A DNA stretch of 64,000 bases from an uncultured delta proteobacterium (GCA_963792945.1 CAWBYM010000004.1:397800-461799); one strand, 5' to 3'. Shown: positions 1-10,466, counted from the first letter of the stretch. The notes: a model not told the origin generated them from the letters alone. Numbers and translations are program-made.

Positions 1-76
1 TCCTAACCCTTGCAAGGATCTGTGGTTATTACTCTCCGTGCCGGATGCTGTTGCGGATCATTGAGCGGAGCACGGG

Positions 77-2476
77 TCAGGGCTTCAGCGGCCAAAAAAT
101 GGGTACAGTGAAGATAATGACAACCAGAATGACGATGGTTAGAATCCCGCCGATTTTGAGATAATCGATAAAGCGGTAACCACCAGGACCCATGACAAGA
201 ATGTTGGCCGGGTGAGCGATTGGTGTCGTGAAACTGGCAGAAGCCGCCATGGCCACGGCCATCAGCAACCCTTGGGGTGACAGCCCCATGTTGGCGGACG
301 TGCTGAAGACTATTGGCGCCATAAGAACGACAAGTGCCGCTGTTGGGATGAAGCAAGTGGCCACGAAGGTCAATGCAACCAGGCCGAACATCACGGCGGT
401 GGGGCCGTAGGGTCCCACAAGGGCCACCACTCCTTCGGCTATAAGCTTCGCGGCACCGGTTTGATCGAGGGCGGTACCGATCGGCAGCATTCCGGCAATG
501 AGAAAAACCGCTTTCCATTCGATCTGCCGGTAAGCTTCTTCCATGGTGAGACAGCGCATCAGAACCATGAGCGCCGCACCGATGACAGCCGCAATATATA
601 TCGGGACCCAACCCATGATGACCGGCAGGAGGACAGCGATCATGATCAGGGTCGACGTTTTGGCTTTACCGGGGTGACTGATTTCCTGAACGATTTCCCG
701 CAGGACGATAAAGTCGGGTTCGCGACCCAGCAATTGCAGTTTCTGTCGGGGGCCGAACAACAACAGGGCATCGCCGAAACGGAGGGGTAAGTCCGGCAAA
801 TCGTCGAAGAGGGCTTCTCCCTGGCGCCAGACAGAAAGAACGTTCAGGCCGTATTTTTCCCGAAAGGCCAATTCCCGCAGGGTTTTTCCAACCAGCACTG
901 TTTGAGGAGAAAGAATGGCTTCGGCCATACCGGTGTCACCGGCGGTCATGTCTTCAATTTTGGGCGCGACCCTGCGTTCGACCTGAAGCCCCCTCAGGCC
1001 CTCCATAATCAAGATGTCTTCTCTGCGACCCTCGACAATGAGGTGGTCTTCGGGTTGCAGGACCTCGTTGGGTTCGGGGGTGAGCAGTCGGCCGCTTTTG
1101 CGTTTGATACTGAGAACCCGGATTCCCATCGCTGCTCCCAGGCGACTCTCCTTGAGGGTCTTTCCGACCAGTACCGAGTCTTTGGGAACCTGCATGGCCA
1201 GCAACCGTCTGTCAAGGTTGTAGACGGCGCCGATGTCTTCAGAGGAGACCGTCTGGAAATGATCCGTCTTGTTGTGCTCCTGCAGGGTTGCCAGTGTTTC
1301 TTTTCTTCCGAGGATCAACAGAACGTCATCCGCGGCAAGAGGAATATGCTGAAGATCAACGCGCTTAACACTGTCGCCACGACGGAGGGCCAGGACAATG
1401 GCGCCATAATGATTGCGGAAATCAAGTGTCAACAGTGTTTGACCGGTGAACCTTGAACCGGGTGCCAGGCGAAACTCGAGCATGTCCAGTTCTCCCGCCA
1501 AAAGGTCGTGAAAATCGATGGGTTCATCTTCAACGATCAGGCGGTTCCAATTGCTGGCCTCCATGAAATTATCGATCAGGCCTTCAACCGTCAGCAAGTC
1601 GCCGGCCTTCAGAAGTTCTGATGGCCCGGGGGCCATTAAGGTGTGATCTTTTCGCGTGATGCCGATGACGTTCAATCCGACCGCGGAGCGCATGCGGCTG
1701 GCGGCGAGAGACTTATCGACCAGAGCAGAGTTCGGCGGAATTCTTACAGTGAAGAGATGTTGCCGGATACCATACTGGTCGCTTAAGTCTCCGTGCTGGC
1801 CGGAAGAGTCTTTGACAACATCGCGCCGGGGCAGCATGTGCCGGCCGACCAAAGCCATGAAGGCAATGCCGCTGGACATGACGACCAGTCCGACCGGTGT
1901 GAAATCAAAAAAGGAGAACGGCTTGAATCCATTCTCCTGCAAGGCATCTGTGACCAGGATGTTGGGGGGGGTGCCAATCTGGGTTGTCAGGCCACCGAGA
2001 AGGCTCCCGTAGGCCAGCGGCATCAACAATCGTGAGGGCGGGGTGTCGGTGTGGTGGGCGAGACCCATGACCACCGGCAGCATGAGAGCGGCCACCGCCA
2101 CGTTGTTCATAAACGCCGACATGACGCCGGCGCTGACCATAATGACGACGATCATCGAGATTTCGTTCTTCCCGGCTATTCGGCGAACAAAGCCACCTAT
2201 GATGTTGGCCACGCCGGTGAGTGTCAGGCCGCCGCTGAGTATGAAGACGGCCCAAACTGTGACAACGGCAGGATTGCTGAAACCGGCCAGCGCTTCGACC
2301 GGGCTTACCAGTCCTGTCAATGCTACGGCCCCCAGGGCAAGTAGAGCGGTCACCTCCATGGGAATCCATTCGGTTACGAGCAGGACGACAGAGGTTCCCA
2401 GGATAAAGAGCGTCAAGGCAATATCGGGCGTCAATAGAAAAACCTCCTCCAAGGGTTGTTTGTTGAGTCTTTTCAA
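77..2476 (-). CDS. SLC13/DASS-type anion permease with central TrkA-C (RCK_C)-like regulatory repeats
   Basis: 799-aa uninterrupted ORF. Hydrophobic N- and C-terminal permease halves flank soluble repeats (e.g. LTVEGLIDNF, LIVEGRREDI) typical of TrkA-C inserts. Overlapping ORFs 3..611, 461..790 and 902..1456 are judged shadows. Confidence 0.85.
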   Translation of the reverse strand: MKRLNKQPLEEVFLLTPDIALTLFILGTSVVLLVTEWIPMEVTALLALGAVALTGLVSPVEALAGFSNPAVVTVWAVFILSGGLTLTGVANIIGGFVRRIAGKNEISMIVVIMVSAGVMSAFMNNVAVAALMLPVVMGLAHHTDTPPSRLLMPLAYGSLLGGLTTQIGTPPNILVTDALQENGFKPFSFFDFTPVGLVVMSSGIAFMALVGRHMLPRRDVVKDSSGQHGDLSDQYGIRQHLFTVRIPPNSALVDKSLAASRMRSAVGLNVIGITRKDHTLMAPGPSELLKAGDLLTVEGLIDNFMEASNWNRLIVEDEPIDFHDLLAGELDMLEFRLAPGSRFTGQTLLTLDFRNHYGAIVLALRRGDSVKRVDLQHIPLAADDVLLILGRKETLATLQEHNKTDHFQTVSSEDIGAVYNLDRRLLAMQVPKDSVLVGKTLKESRLGAAMGIRVLSIKRKSGRLLTPEPNEVLQPEDHLIVEGRREDILIMEGLRGLQVERRVAPKIEDMTAGDTGMAEAILSPQTVLVGKTLRELAFREKYGLNVLSVWRQGEALFDDLPDLPLRFGDALLLFGPRQKLQLLGREPDFIVLREIVQEISHPGKAKTSTLIMIAVLLPVIMGWVPIYIAAVIGAALMVLMRCLTMEEAYRQIEWKAVFLIAGMLPIGTALDQTGAAKLIAEGVVALVGPYGPTAVMFGLVALTFVATCFIPTAALVVLMAPIVFSTSANMGLSPQGLLMAVAMAASASFTTPIAHPANILVMGPGGYRFIDYLKIGGILTIVILVVIIFTVPIFWPLKP

Positions 2477-2492
2477 CCGGGAAAATAAGAAT

Positions 2493-3458
2493 TTACGGCA
2501 TGATGTCCAGACTGAACAGGGGGGCCGGAAGTTTTTCTGATGTCACGATGAGGTTCGTCCCGTCCGGACTGAAACACATGGCTTCGGCTTGGCGCATCGT
2601 CGGCATGACCAGCGGAACGGGAGGGCGCTCAAAGACACGTGACCAGCTTTCATCTCCCTGGCGGTAATACAGATAGGGCCTCTTGTAGGTCAATAGTGCG
2701 ATTACCGTTCCATCCGGAGAAATGTCCATTGCCGTCGGTTGAGATCGGAAACGGCCGAACAGGGGATCCTCCGTCAAGTCTTCCGGTTCGGGTGCCGGGA
2801 TACCATGGACTTCCGCCAGAGGGCGGGCCAGGAGGAATTCATCTTTTGCCGCAGAAAGCAGCGGCAGCACATAGACGACCGGGGGGACAGTCCGCTTGGT
2901 CAGGAGAAGGATTTGACGTTTGTGCACGTCGACAGCCACCCCTTCGCAGTCCCGCGGGCCATCGGAATAAGAATACTCGATCCGCCATGTCCAAGGAACC
3001 GAGAACTCTGCGAATGTGTCAATGGATTCAATTCGGGGTTCTTCCACGGCATACAAGAAACAGGATTTCCGGCGACTGTCATTATCACCGCAATCGGCAA
3101 TCAGCAGATAGGGGCGATCGTCGAGGCGGAATGCCGCCAGATCCTCCCAGTCCCTGTTGTGGGCATTACGGATGCGCACCCGGCCGCGTTTCGATCCGTC
3201 AAGTCCGACGGCGTTGATCAGGGGGGGATTTCCCCCGTCGTTGACGATCCATAATAGATCCTTTTGTCGGCCGGAGGCAGCCATGCCGCTGGCTTCGGTA
3301 ATGGTGTCATCGGCCAGGTCGCCCAAAAAAGATATTCCCGGATCGAAAGCAGGGGGCCTGTCGGCAGACCCATTCGGAAAGCCTCGTGAGCAAAAGATTG
3401 CCAGGAGGCCACAAATGGCAACTGCCCAGAGGATCGTGCGGGAACGTGTGGTCTGCAT
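2493..3458 (-). CDS. secreted hypothetical protein, possibly beta-propeller/phytase-like fold (family uncertain)
   Basis: ORF 2493..3563 trimmed to the internal ATG at 3458. MQTTRSRTILWAVAICGLLAIFC looks like a signal peptide. This ATG overlaps the TAA of the upstream gene (TAATG), suggesting translational coupling. Confidence 0.6.
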   Translation of the reverse strand: MQTTRSRTILWAVAICGLLAIFCSRGFPNGSADRPPAFDPGISFLGDLADDTITEASGMAASGRQKDLLWIVNDGGNPPLINAVGLDGSKRGRVRIRNAHNRDWEDLAAFRLDDRPYLLIADCGDNDSRRKSCFLYAVEEPRIESIDTFAEFSVPWTWRIEYSYSDGPRDCEGVAVDVHKRQILLLTKRTVPPVVYVLPLLSAAKDEFLLARPLAEVHGIPAPEPEDLTEDPLFGRFRSQPTAMDISPDGTVIALLTYKRPYLYYRQGDESWSRVFERPPVPLVMPTMRQAEAMCFSPDGTNLIVTSEKLPAPLFSLDIMP

Positions 3459-3898
3459 TATGAATCGCTTTCCGTTCCCATGGTTCCAAGCAGCATATAC
3501 GTCACCTGGGCCACGGCTATGTGGGTGCGTTTCGTATCGAACAGGTCCACGGCCACCGGGCATAGGGTGCGGCCGGCTTTGATCACACGGGCTTCGGCGG
3601 TCACTGCGCTTAAACAGGGCGCCAGGAATCGAATGTTCATGTCGGTGGTGGTCAACCGCACGTTCGGTCCGGTTTCGGTGAATATGGCAAAACAGGCCGT
3701 GCTGTCGGCCACCGTCATCAACAAGCCGCCGTGGTATGACTCGAAAATCCCATCGTATTCCTGATGTCGGGGCGCCCGGACAGCGCAGAATCCTTTGCGG
3801 AGGGACAAAATTTCTAACGAGAGGGTGGAAACAATCGGAATTCTGCGAACGCGATCCTCTATCGCCGCCGCCAGCTGTTTGGGAAGGGGTTCATGCAT
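3458..3898 (-). CDS. PaaI-family hotdog-fold thioesterase
   Basis: 146 aa. The HGGLLMTVADSTACFA core and the size are typical of PaaI/4HBT-type thioesterases. Confidence 0.8.
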   Translation of the reverse strand: MHEPLPKQLAAAIEDRVRRIPIVSTLSLEILSLRKGFCAVRAPRHQEYDGIFESYHGGLLMTVADSTACFAIFTETGPNVRLTTTDMNIRFLAPCLSAVTAEARVIKAGRTLCPVAVDLFDTKRTHIAVAQVTYMLLGTMGTESDS

Positions 3899-3904
3899 TT
3901 GGGT

Positions 3905-5917
3905 TCAGATTCCTTTCGAGTTGTCGGCATCGCTGATCGGTTCAACGTCTACGAAGCAATCGTAATAAGCCGCCTGTTCGCCCATTTCGGAAATCCGGTC
4001 CGATGTCAATACATTGACCGAACCGCTCTTGTGCCACCACCCCTGATCGATTGTCACTGCGTCCACAGCGGCATAATCTTCGCACCGGATCTTGACCAGC
4101 AGGGAGCCTTGCCTGGAGGATACCTTGGCGCGCCCGCCGTCCGTGAGTCGACAGCGTTTCAGGACTTCGGGGTTCACCACCGCCTCCGGTATGTCATCGA
4201 TAAAGGCGAAATGTTGGGAGTGCATCGACCCCCGCCGGTGAGGCGTGATCAGGCGCAACGGGTAATGCGGATCTCCGGCCGAGACTGCGACGTAGGTTGC
4301 CAGCGGACTGCAGCCGTCGGCCTGGGCTTTTTCAGAGTAGAGTTCGATTTTGCCGCTGGGGGTCGTAAATCTGCCACCCTGCCAGGCGACGGTGCTATCC
4401 GGGAGTGTGAAAGGCGCCTGCGCCAAATCATCGATGTGCACGCCATGGGCATCGGTCAGCGGGCCGATGGCCCGTTCCAGAAACCTCCTGCGTCCCGCGC
4501 GGGGATAATCCGGGAGCTGCATTCGGTCGGCCAGTTCCCGGTACATGTCGAATTCACTCATAACCCCTTGGGGTGGTGCGACTGCCTGACCGGAGTAGTT
4601 GACATAGGGAGAAAACATGCTGGAGTAAATGATGTCTTCTTCTTCGAGAACGCTGGTGCAGGGGAGGATCAAGTCGGCATGCCGGGCCGTGTCGGTCATG
4701 AACAGGTCAGTCACCACCTTGAACTCTATTGCCGCGAACGCCTCAGCAGTGCGGTTGATGTCCGGCCCCTGAACCAGCGGGTTGGCCTTGGAGACGAAAA
4801 TGCACTTGATGGGGGGATTGTCTTCCGTAGTCAAGAAATCGGCCAAACGGGTGATGGAAAACATCCGCCGGTTACGGGTCCAGGCGCGGCTTTTCTTGAA
4901 ATCCCCGCCGATGTAGTCGGGGAAGAACCGGTGGGCGTAATTTACGCCGCCTCCGCTGACACCGATGTTGCCGGTAATGGCTCCCAGGGCGTCGATGCTG
5001 CGCACAGTATTTCCGCCGTTTACGTATCGTTGAAGACCGTAGCCGACGATGATGGCGGCGGGTTTTCGTCCGGCGTAGGCGTGGGCCAACCATGTTATGG
5101 TCTCCCGGGAAAGGCCGGTCACCTCTGCGGCCCATTCCGGCGAGAAACCTTTGATAGACTGCCGGAATCGATCAAAGCCGTAAACCCGATCCTTTATGAA
5201 CTCCACATCGTGTCGGCCGGTGTCAATGATAACATGGGCCAGGGCCAGCGCCAAGGCGCCGTCTGTGGCCGGACGAACCGCCAGGTGGCGGTCGGCGATC
5301 TCGGCTGATGCCGACCGGCGGGGGTCGATCAGTACGACCGTGGCACCAGACTGCCGGGCTTGCCGGATATACGGCACCAAATGGATATTGGTGTCCACCG
5401 GATTTCGCCCCCATAGGATGATCAACCGAGACCGGGCGATGTCTGCCGGATGATGACCACGGGAGTCACCGAAATCGTAACGTTGCGCGGCAATTCCGGC
5501 GCCCCAGCACAAGCTGCCGCGCGGTGCGGTGACGCCGCCGAGGTAATTGAAAAAAATCTCGTCGATTTTTTTCGCCAGCCCCCCGTGGCCGCTGCCGACA
5601 TAATGCAGAATTGCTGCCGACCCGAAATGACGGACAGTATGCGCCAGTTTGCCGGCGACTTCGTCCAAGGCTTCCGGCCAGGTCACCCTTACCCATCGGT
5701 TGCCTTTTTTTTTCAACGGCGACGTCAGTCTCGCTGGGTGGTCGAGCCGTTCAAGGTGCTTCAGGCCCTTAATACAGCACACCCCGCGGGTTAGGGGGTG
5801 ATCCTTGTCGCCGCGAATTTTTACGACCCGGTTGTCCACAACCGTCGCCACCAGTCCGCAGACGTCAAAGCAGTCAAGCGGGCAGGAAAAACGGATCTCT
5901 TTCTGCGTATGTTTCAT
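3905..5917 (-). CDS. molybdopterin (MopB-family) oxidoreductase catalytic subunit, cytoplasmic
   Basis: 670 aa. N-terminal Cys cluster CPLDCFDVCG..CCIKG, then MopB-like segments (ILWGRNPVDTN, VVLIDPRRS) and a C-terminal barrel-like domain. No twin-arginine signal. The 471-aa antisense ORF 3893..5308 is a shadow. Confidence 0.85.
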   Translation of the reverse strand: MKHTQKEIRFSCPLDCFDVCGLVATVVDNRVVKIRGDKDHPLTRGVCCIKGLKHLERLDHPARLTSPLKKKGNRWVRVTWPEALDEVAGKLAHTVRHFGSAAILHYVGSGHGGLAKKIDEIFFNYLGGVTAPRGSLCWGAGIAAQRYDFGDSRGHHPADIARSRLIILWGRNPVDTNIHLVPYIRQARQSGATVVLIDPRRSASAEIADRHLAVRPATDGALALALAHVIIDTGRHDVEFIKDRVYGFDRFRQSIKGFSPEWAAEVTGLSRETITWLAHAYAGRKPAAIIVGYGLQRYVNGGNTVRSIDALGAITGNIGVSGGGVNYAHRFFPDYIGGDFKKSRAWTRNRRMFSITRLADFLTTEDNPPIKCIFVSKANPLVQGPDINRTAEAFAAIEFKVVTDLFMTDTARHADLILPCTSVLEEEDIIYSSMFSPYVNYSGQAVAPPQGVMSEFDMYRELADRMQLPDYPRAGRRRFLERAIGPLTDAHGVHIDDLAQAPFTLPDSTVAWQGGRFTTPSGKIELYSEKAQADGCSPLATYVAVSAGDPHYPLRLITPHRRGSMHSQHFAFIDDIPEAVVNPEVLKRCRLTDGGRAKVSSRQGSLLVKIRCEDYAAVDAVTIDQGWWHKSGSVNVLTSDRISEMGEQAAYYDCFVDVEPISDADNSKGI

Positions 5918-6021
5918 ATCAATGGATATTCTATCAACAAATTATGGGGGAAGTAAATTCCATATGGTGTCCATCACATAGACGACGCGGATGATCCATG
6001 GTCCAAGCGTGCTCGGCTCGT

Positions 6022-7218
6022 TTATTTTGGAATTCTCCCCGTTACCAGATAGAGGCGGAGACCTGCGTGGCGAATCGGCAATGTCGTTGCGGGAAATGGG
6101 ATCGTCTTTAAAAGACGCTGCCTCGGTATGACCAACCCGAACTTCCAGCCGCCCCATCTGGCTTGCATGCGTTCGAACAATTTTTCAAATATGTGGTCGC
6201 TTTGTCTCAGTGAACCGATCCTCCGTCCAAAAGGCGGGTTCATAGTCAAGAGGCCGGGGAGGTGACTGACATCCTCTGGGACCAGGTCGAAAAAGTCTCG
6301 GGTGGTGATCTTCATCGCCCGGGAGAGATCCGCCGAGGCGCTGTTAACGGCAAGGGCTTTACAGGCCGATGGATCGATATCGCTCGCGAAGATTGTGGCT
6401 TCCTGGTTTTCGGTGATTCCTCGCTGCATGACGTTACGGATATGATCCCAACGCTTATGAGTCAGGCGGAATGCCGGCCAACCTGAAAATGCAAATTCTC
6501 TGAACCAGCCGGCCGGAATGTTCCGGGACCGCATCGCCGCCTCCAAAGAGAAGGAACCGGCACCGCACATGGGGTCGACCAATGGTTCCGGCGGGGTATA
6601 ATTCGCCATCATCAGCACGGCCGCCGCAACGGTTTCTCTTATAGGGGCAGCAGTGACATCTTTTTTCAACCCTCGCCGGTAGAGGTTTTCACCGCTGCTG
6701 TCGATAGAAAGGGTGAAATTGTCATCCACCGCACGGAGGTAAAGCTTCTGTTCTCCCCCTCCGCCGTCTTTTACTGCCGTCGCGCTCGGCGATCCTTCCC
6801 ACCGTCGCGCAACAGCGGCCAAAATCCGTTCGGCGATCGCCCCGGAGTGGTGCAACCGGGATCGATGTGTCGTAATTTGTAGGTGCGGGAGCGAACCTTG
6901 CCTGAGGTAGAGTTCCCAGGGGAATCCCCTCAAAATTTTTTCCAAGGAACGGAAGTTAGTGGCCTTGAAGGCTCCGACACGCATCAGAATCCGATTGGCC
7001 GTGGCGAGCCGGAGGTTGGCCAAATAGCCGTCCTGCAGGAAACCTGTGAAGCTGACTCCGCCGATACTGACGGCCATTTCCGAGCGGCTCAGCGGCAACG
7101 CCTGCAATTCCTGCAGGCACAATGGTTCGAGACCGGGAGCTGTCGCTGCGAAGAACTCGGTCGATTTGGCGACCACCTGCCGTTTGAGGCGCTTATCTAT
7201 GGGCGTTAACTCGGTCAA
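6022..7218 (-). CDS. THUMP-domain class I SAM-dependent RNA methyltransferase (RlmL/Trm14-like)
   Basis: 398 aa with SAM-MTase motifs DPMCGAGSF and MNPPFGRR after a THUMP-like N-terminal half. Confidence 0.8.
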   Translation of the reverse strand: MTELTPIDKRLKRQVVAKSTEFFAATAPGLEPLCLQELQALPLSRSEMAVSIGGVSFTGFLQDGYLANLRLATANRILMRVGAFKATNFRSLEKILRGFPWELYLRQGSLPHLQITTHRSRLHHSGAIAERILAAVARRWEGSPSATAVKDGGGGEQKLYLRAVDDNFTLSIDSSGENLYRRGLKKDVTAAPIRETVAAAVLMMANYTPPEPLVDPMCGAGSFSLEAAMRSRNIPAGWFREFAFSGWPAFRLTHKRWDHIRNVMQRGITENQEATIFASDIDPSACKALAVNSASADLSRAMKITTRDFFDLVPEDVSHLPGLLTMNPPFGRRIGSLRQSDHIFEKLFERMQARWGGWKFGLVIPRQRLLKTIPFPATTLPIRHAGLRLYLVTGRIPK

Positions 7219-7294
7219 ATGAGTGCTATGGTTTCAATTACCGAATTTCGAGGGTTCGGGTCCAGCGCGGCATGATCCATGGGGTGGCCTTCTT

Positions 7295-8254
7295 TCACGT
7301 TTGGTTCCGGGCCCGAATCAGGACCGGTGCCTTCTCGTCCATCTCCTGCTTGAGTTGCAGCAGAATGATGGATCCGATCACCAGACCCCCTCCGACGATC
7401 TGGGGCGTGTCTAACCGTTCACCGAGGAAGAAAAAGGAAATAGCCCCGGCGGTGATCGGTTCGAGGATGGCGGTTATACTGGCGCGGGTCGAACGGATCA
7501 GGTTGACACCTTCCAGGTAGAGCCCAAAGGGGAGCAAGGTGCCCATGATACCGATATAAGCGATCCAGCCCCATTCAGTCGCGCTGTAGGGGTGAAAGAA
7601 CGCCTCCAGCGGAGGGTGAAGGAGATTCCACACGATCGCGGCGAAAAAAACCGCATAAAAAAGCACCGTCCAAGGGCTGTACCGTCGCATGCCATACTCC
7701 CCGTGAATCGAGTACCAGGCGAACGCGACGGCCGACAGGATACCGCTGATGACGCCGGCCAGGTTCATGTTCAACAACTCGAGATTGTAGGCGCCGACCA
7801 CTAAGTAGCAGCCCAGGGTAGCGCCGGCCAGAGCCGCTACGGTCAATCGATTCAATCGATCGCGGCTGACCAGGACGGCATGCATGGCGATGAATGACGG
7901 AGCCAGGTATTGCAGCAAGATCGCTGCGGCCACGCTGATTTTGCTTATTGCATATAGATAAGTGAACTGGCAGGCCCCCATACCGGCAATCCCGAAAAGA
8001 GCAAAATACCAGATATCCTTACGGCCGATATGCAACAGGGTGGGGGTGCGCAGTATCAGCCAGATCAGCAAGCCGATCGCGGCGATGGTCAGCCGGAGCT
8101 GCACCAATTGAAAAGGCGAGATCCCGCTGTTGAACAGAAATTTGGCCGCGGATCCGGAAACGCCCCAGAGAACGGCCGCGAGAATGACGTAATAATAGCC
8201 TTTTCGGGTATTGACTGTTTCTATCTCTGGCATCATGGGTGTTGTGTTTCGCAT
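7295..8254 (-). CDS. EamA/DMT-family transporter
   Basis: 319 aa with about 10 hydrophobic helices in two EamA-like halves. The exact start is uncertain because of alternative Met codons near the N-terminus. Confidence 0.8.
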   Translation of the reverse strand: MRNTTPMMPEIETVNTRKGYYYVILAAVLWGVSGSAAKFLFNSGISPFQLVQLRLTIAAIGLLIWLILRTPTLLHIGRKDIWYFALFGIAGMGACQFTYLYAISKISVAAAILLQYLAPSFIAMHAVLVSRDRLNRLTVAALAGATLGCYLVVGAYNLELLNMNLAGVISGILSAVAFAWYSIHGEYGMRRYSPWTVLFYAVFFAAIVWNLLHPPLEAFFHPYSATEWGWIAYIGIMGTLLPFGLYLEGVNLIRSTRASITAILEPITAGAISFFFLGERLDTPQIVGGGLVIGSIILLQLKQEMDEKAPVLIRARNQT

Positions 8255-8423
8255 CGGGCATCAGCCGAGCCGACAGTATGATATGCCGAATGGACGATCC
8301 TCCCGCCGCCCGGTACATCTGTTAAAATGCAACGCTTGTCAGGTTATCAAGGGTGGAACCCTTTGTAAATCTCTTTGATGGCCCTCCGGCCGGGTATATT
8401 TTCCAACAAGGCTCATATTACAC

Positions 8424-8452
8424 TTGACCCTGTTTTATCGATAGATTATAAA
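8424..8452 (+). promoter_or_regulatory. sigma-70-like promoter (TTGACC-N17-TATAAA)
   Basis: -35 at 8424..8429 and -10 at 8447..8452, read directly from the sequence, in a 760-bp intergenic region upstream of the lipoprotein gene. Confidence 0.3.
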
Positions 8453-9017
8453 TGGTTAGGTAAAAGTTAACTGCTCCGTCGGGGTGAAATTTAAGATGGT
8501 TTCCGTGCCCGGTGCACTCCTTCTCCAACCGGCCTCCTCGACCCAGCGTTCTTTTCCAGCCTGCTGGCGTCCACGGGCATAAGGCGTAAGCGTTATCGCA
8601 AGCGTGAATTCTCTTTTCTCTGTGATCTAGTTTGATTTAAGGGGATTATGGCTATCGGACATGACGCGATGGAAACGAACATTCAAGGAGAGCCACCGGT
8701 ACCGGTGGTATCGGGCGTCTTGAAAGAATAAGATGTCCTTTTTCGGTATGCAATGGCCGGGCATACGACAGGGCCCAAAAATTCCTATGGGTGACCCATC
8801 GATCGTTATGAGCCACCCAGCATTGAGGAGGTCAGATGAAAAAGCAGATCATTTGAATAAAGAAGATTCGACACCATCTTTGTTCTGCAGGTAAAGAGCC
8901 GTTTCCGGCGGTCCGGTTACCTTGTCCCATCGAAACACACTGTTAAGGCATCGAAAATTCATTTGGGGTCATATACCCGCTTCATCAATTTATCCTTTAT
9001 TCGATAAGAGACGTTTC

Positions 9018-9533
9018 ATGAAACAACAGGTGGTTTTTTGTCTGGTGTGTTTAAGTGGTCTGATTCTTATACTCAATGGTTGCGCAGTGCCCCAGATGCT
9101 TTGGCCTCAGGAAGACTTGCCGAGCTCCGAATCGACAGGAAGGCCAGGGGCGCCCATTGTGCTCCTGGCTTCACGCAACAGTGAGTTCAAGAGGGCATTG
9201 GTGAGTGAATTAAGCCAGGCTTTGACATCTGCCGGGGTATCGCAAAGGACGATCGGCGTTGGCGACCTCGATCAGATCAACGTAGATGCCTACAATGCCG
9301 TGGTCGTAATCAGTCCTTGTCTCGCCTGGGGCCTTGAAAGAGATGTTCAGATATTTCTGGAAAGACAGCAGAAAAATTCGAAGATCATTCTCGTCGCCAC
9401 ATCAGGGGATGGCGGCTGGCTGCCCGACGAACGTGATTACGATGTTGACGCGATATCGTCTGCCTCGATTCTGACAACCGTAGAGGCCGTTGCCCGTGAT
9501 GTCATGGTGCAAATCAGCCGCCAACTGCCGTAG
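9018..9533 (+). CDS. lipoprotein, function unknown
   Basis: ORF 8922..9533 trimmed to the ATG at 9018. MKQQVVFCLVCLSGLILILNGC has a signal peptide plus lipobox (LNGC). Confidence 0.6.
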   Translation: MKQQVVFCLVCLSGLILILNGCAVPQMLWPQEDLPSSESTGRPGAPIVLLASRNSEFKRALVSELSQALTSAGVSQRTIGVGDLDQINVDAYNAVVVISPCLAWGLERDVQIFLERQQKNSKIILVATSGDGGWLPDERDYDVDAISSASILTTVEAVARDVMVQISRQLP

Positions 9534-9612
9534 GAGGCGTGCATCGTCAGAGATTATTCAACCCTGAACGAACAGAAAGCCTGCATACACTTGGGTGTTT
9601 GGCAGGTATAAC

Positions 9613-9640
9613 TTGACAAAAAAGTTGGGGTCGATATACC
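9613..9640 (+). promoter_or_regulatory. sigma-70-like promoter (TTGACA-N16-TATACC) upstream of ssb
   Basis: -35 at 9613..9618 and -10 at 9635..9640, about 260 nt upstream of the ssb ATG. Confidence 0.3.
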
Positions 9641-9901
9641 ACAGTATAACTTATGGCTGAATTGGACTGAAAACATCCAATAAACCTATCTATTCAAGCG
9701 TGACAAGAGTGGTCTTCAACGGGTGGATTATACAAAAGGAGATTTCCATTAAACCCAAATTGCCGCCATTGACTTTGGACGGTAAAATTCGGGTTTTTCA
9801 GGGATCCCTATCCGGAATGCCAATGAAACGAAACCATTTGACTGGAAAAATGCTGAAATCGGTAACCGCCAATTTTTGGCACTGAACAGAGGAACTCAAA
9901 C

Positions 9902-10333
9902 ATGGCCAGAGGAATCAACAAGGTTATTCTGATCGGCAATCTGGGGCGTGATCCGGAGGTTCGTTACACACCGGACGGCACTGCCGTTGCCACCTTTTCG
10001 ATTGCAACCTCGAAGGAGTGGAAAGATAAAACAACCGGGGAGAAGAAGGAACGGACCGAATGGCACCGGATCGTCGCATGGAGAAGGCTTGGAGAAATCT
10101 GCGGCGAGTATCTTGCCAAGGGAAGTCAAATTTACATCGAGGGGGAACTCCAGACCCGCGACTGGCAGGACAAGGACGGCAACAAGCGGTATACAACCGA
10201 GGTCGTGGCCACCGATGTACAGTTTCTGGGGCCCAAGGAATCGGCTCGGCCGCGGGACGCATACGGTGGTCCGCCGCCGCCGGATTCAGAGCCGCCGTAC
10301 ACAGACTCCCAGGATGACGATATACCGTTTTAG
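9902..10333 (+). CDS. ssb: single-stranded DNA-binding protein
   Basis: OB-fold N-terminus [37 protein letters not shown], a Gly/Pro-rich linker and the acidic tail DDDIPF. Confidence 0.95.
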   Translation: MARGINKVILIGNLGRDPEVRYTPDGTAVATFSIATSKEWKDKTTGEKKERTEWHRIVAWRRLGEICGEYLAKGSQIYIEGELQTRDWQDKDGNKRYTTEVVATDVQFLGPKESARPRDAYGGPPPPDSEPPYTDSQDDDIPF

Positions 10334-10466
10334 ACTCGAGGTCAGTCTGCTTGGTACAGGGTGTGGCGAATCGCAGATGAATCTGAGGGCAGCTTCGTGA
10401 AACTGCCCATAGGTCAGCGAATTTTATAGAGAAGGAAGCGTCACTCAGAGGAAAAAGGGAAGAGGA

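Noticed and set aside
3893-5308. Long antisense ORFs: 3893..5308, 12408..13535, 26028..26831, 29190..29966, 30012..30899, 36023..36853, 47290..48150, 49336..50298, 53111..53974, 55075..55773, 59353..60225
   Set aside because: Each lies opposite a gene with clear family motifs and has a low-complexity, Arg/Gly/Asp-rich composition typical of GC-rich shadow frames. None has a recognisable domain.
8836-8945. MKKQII-UGA-IKKIRHHLCSAGKEPF.. mini-ORF behind a strong SD, as a possible small selenoprotein
   Set aside because: The peptide has no recognisable family, the putative hairpin after the UGA is weak (A-U/G-U rich), and a 6-codon leader ORF is an equally good reading. It is mentioned only under the intergenic-region finding.
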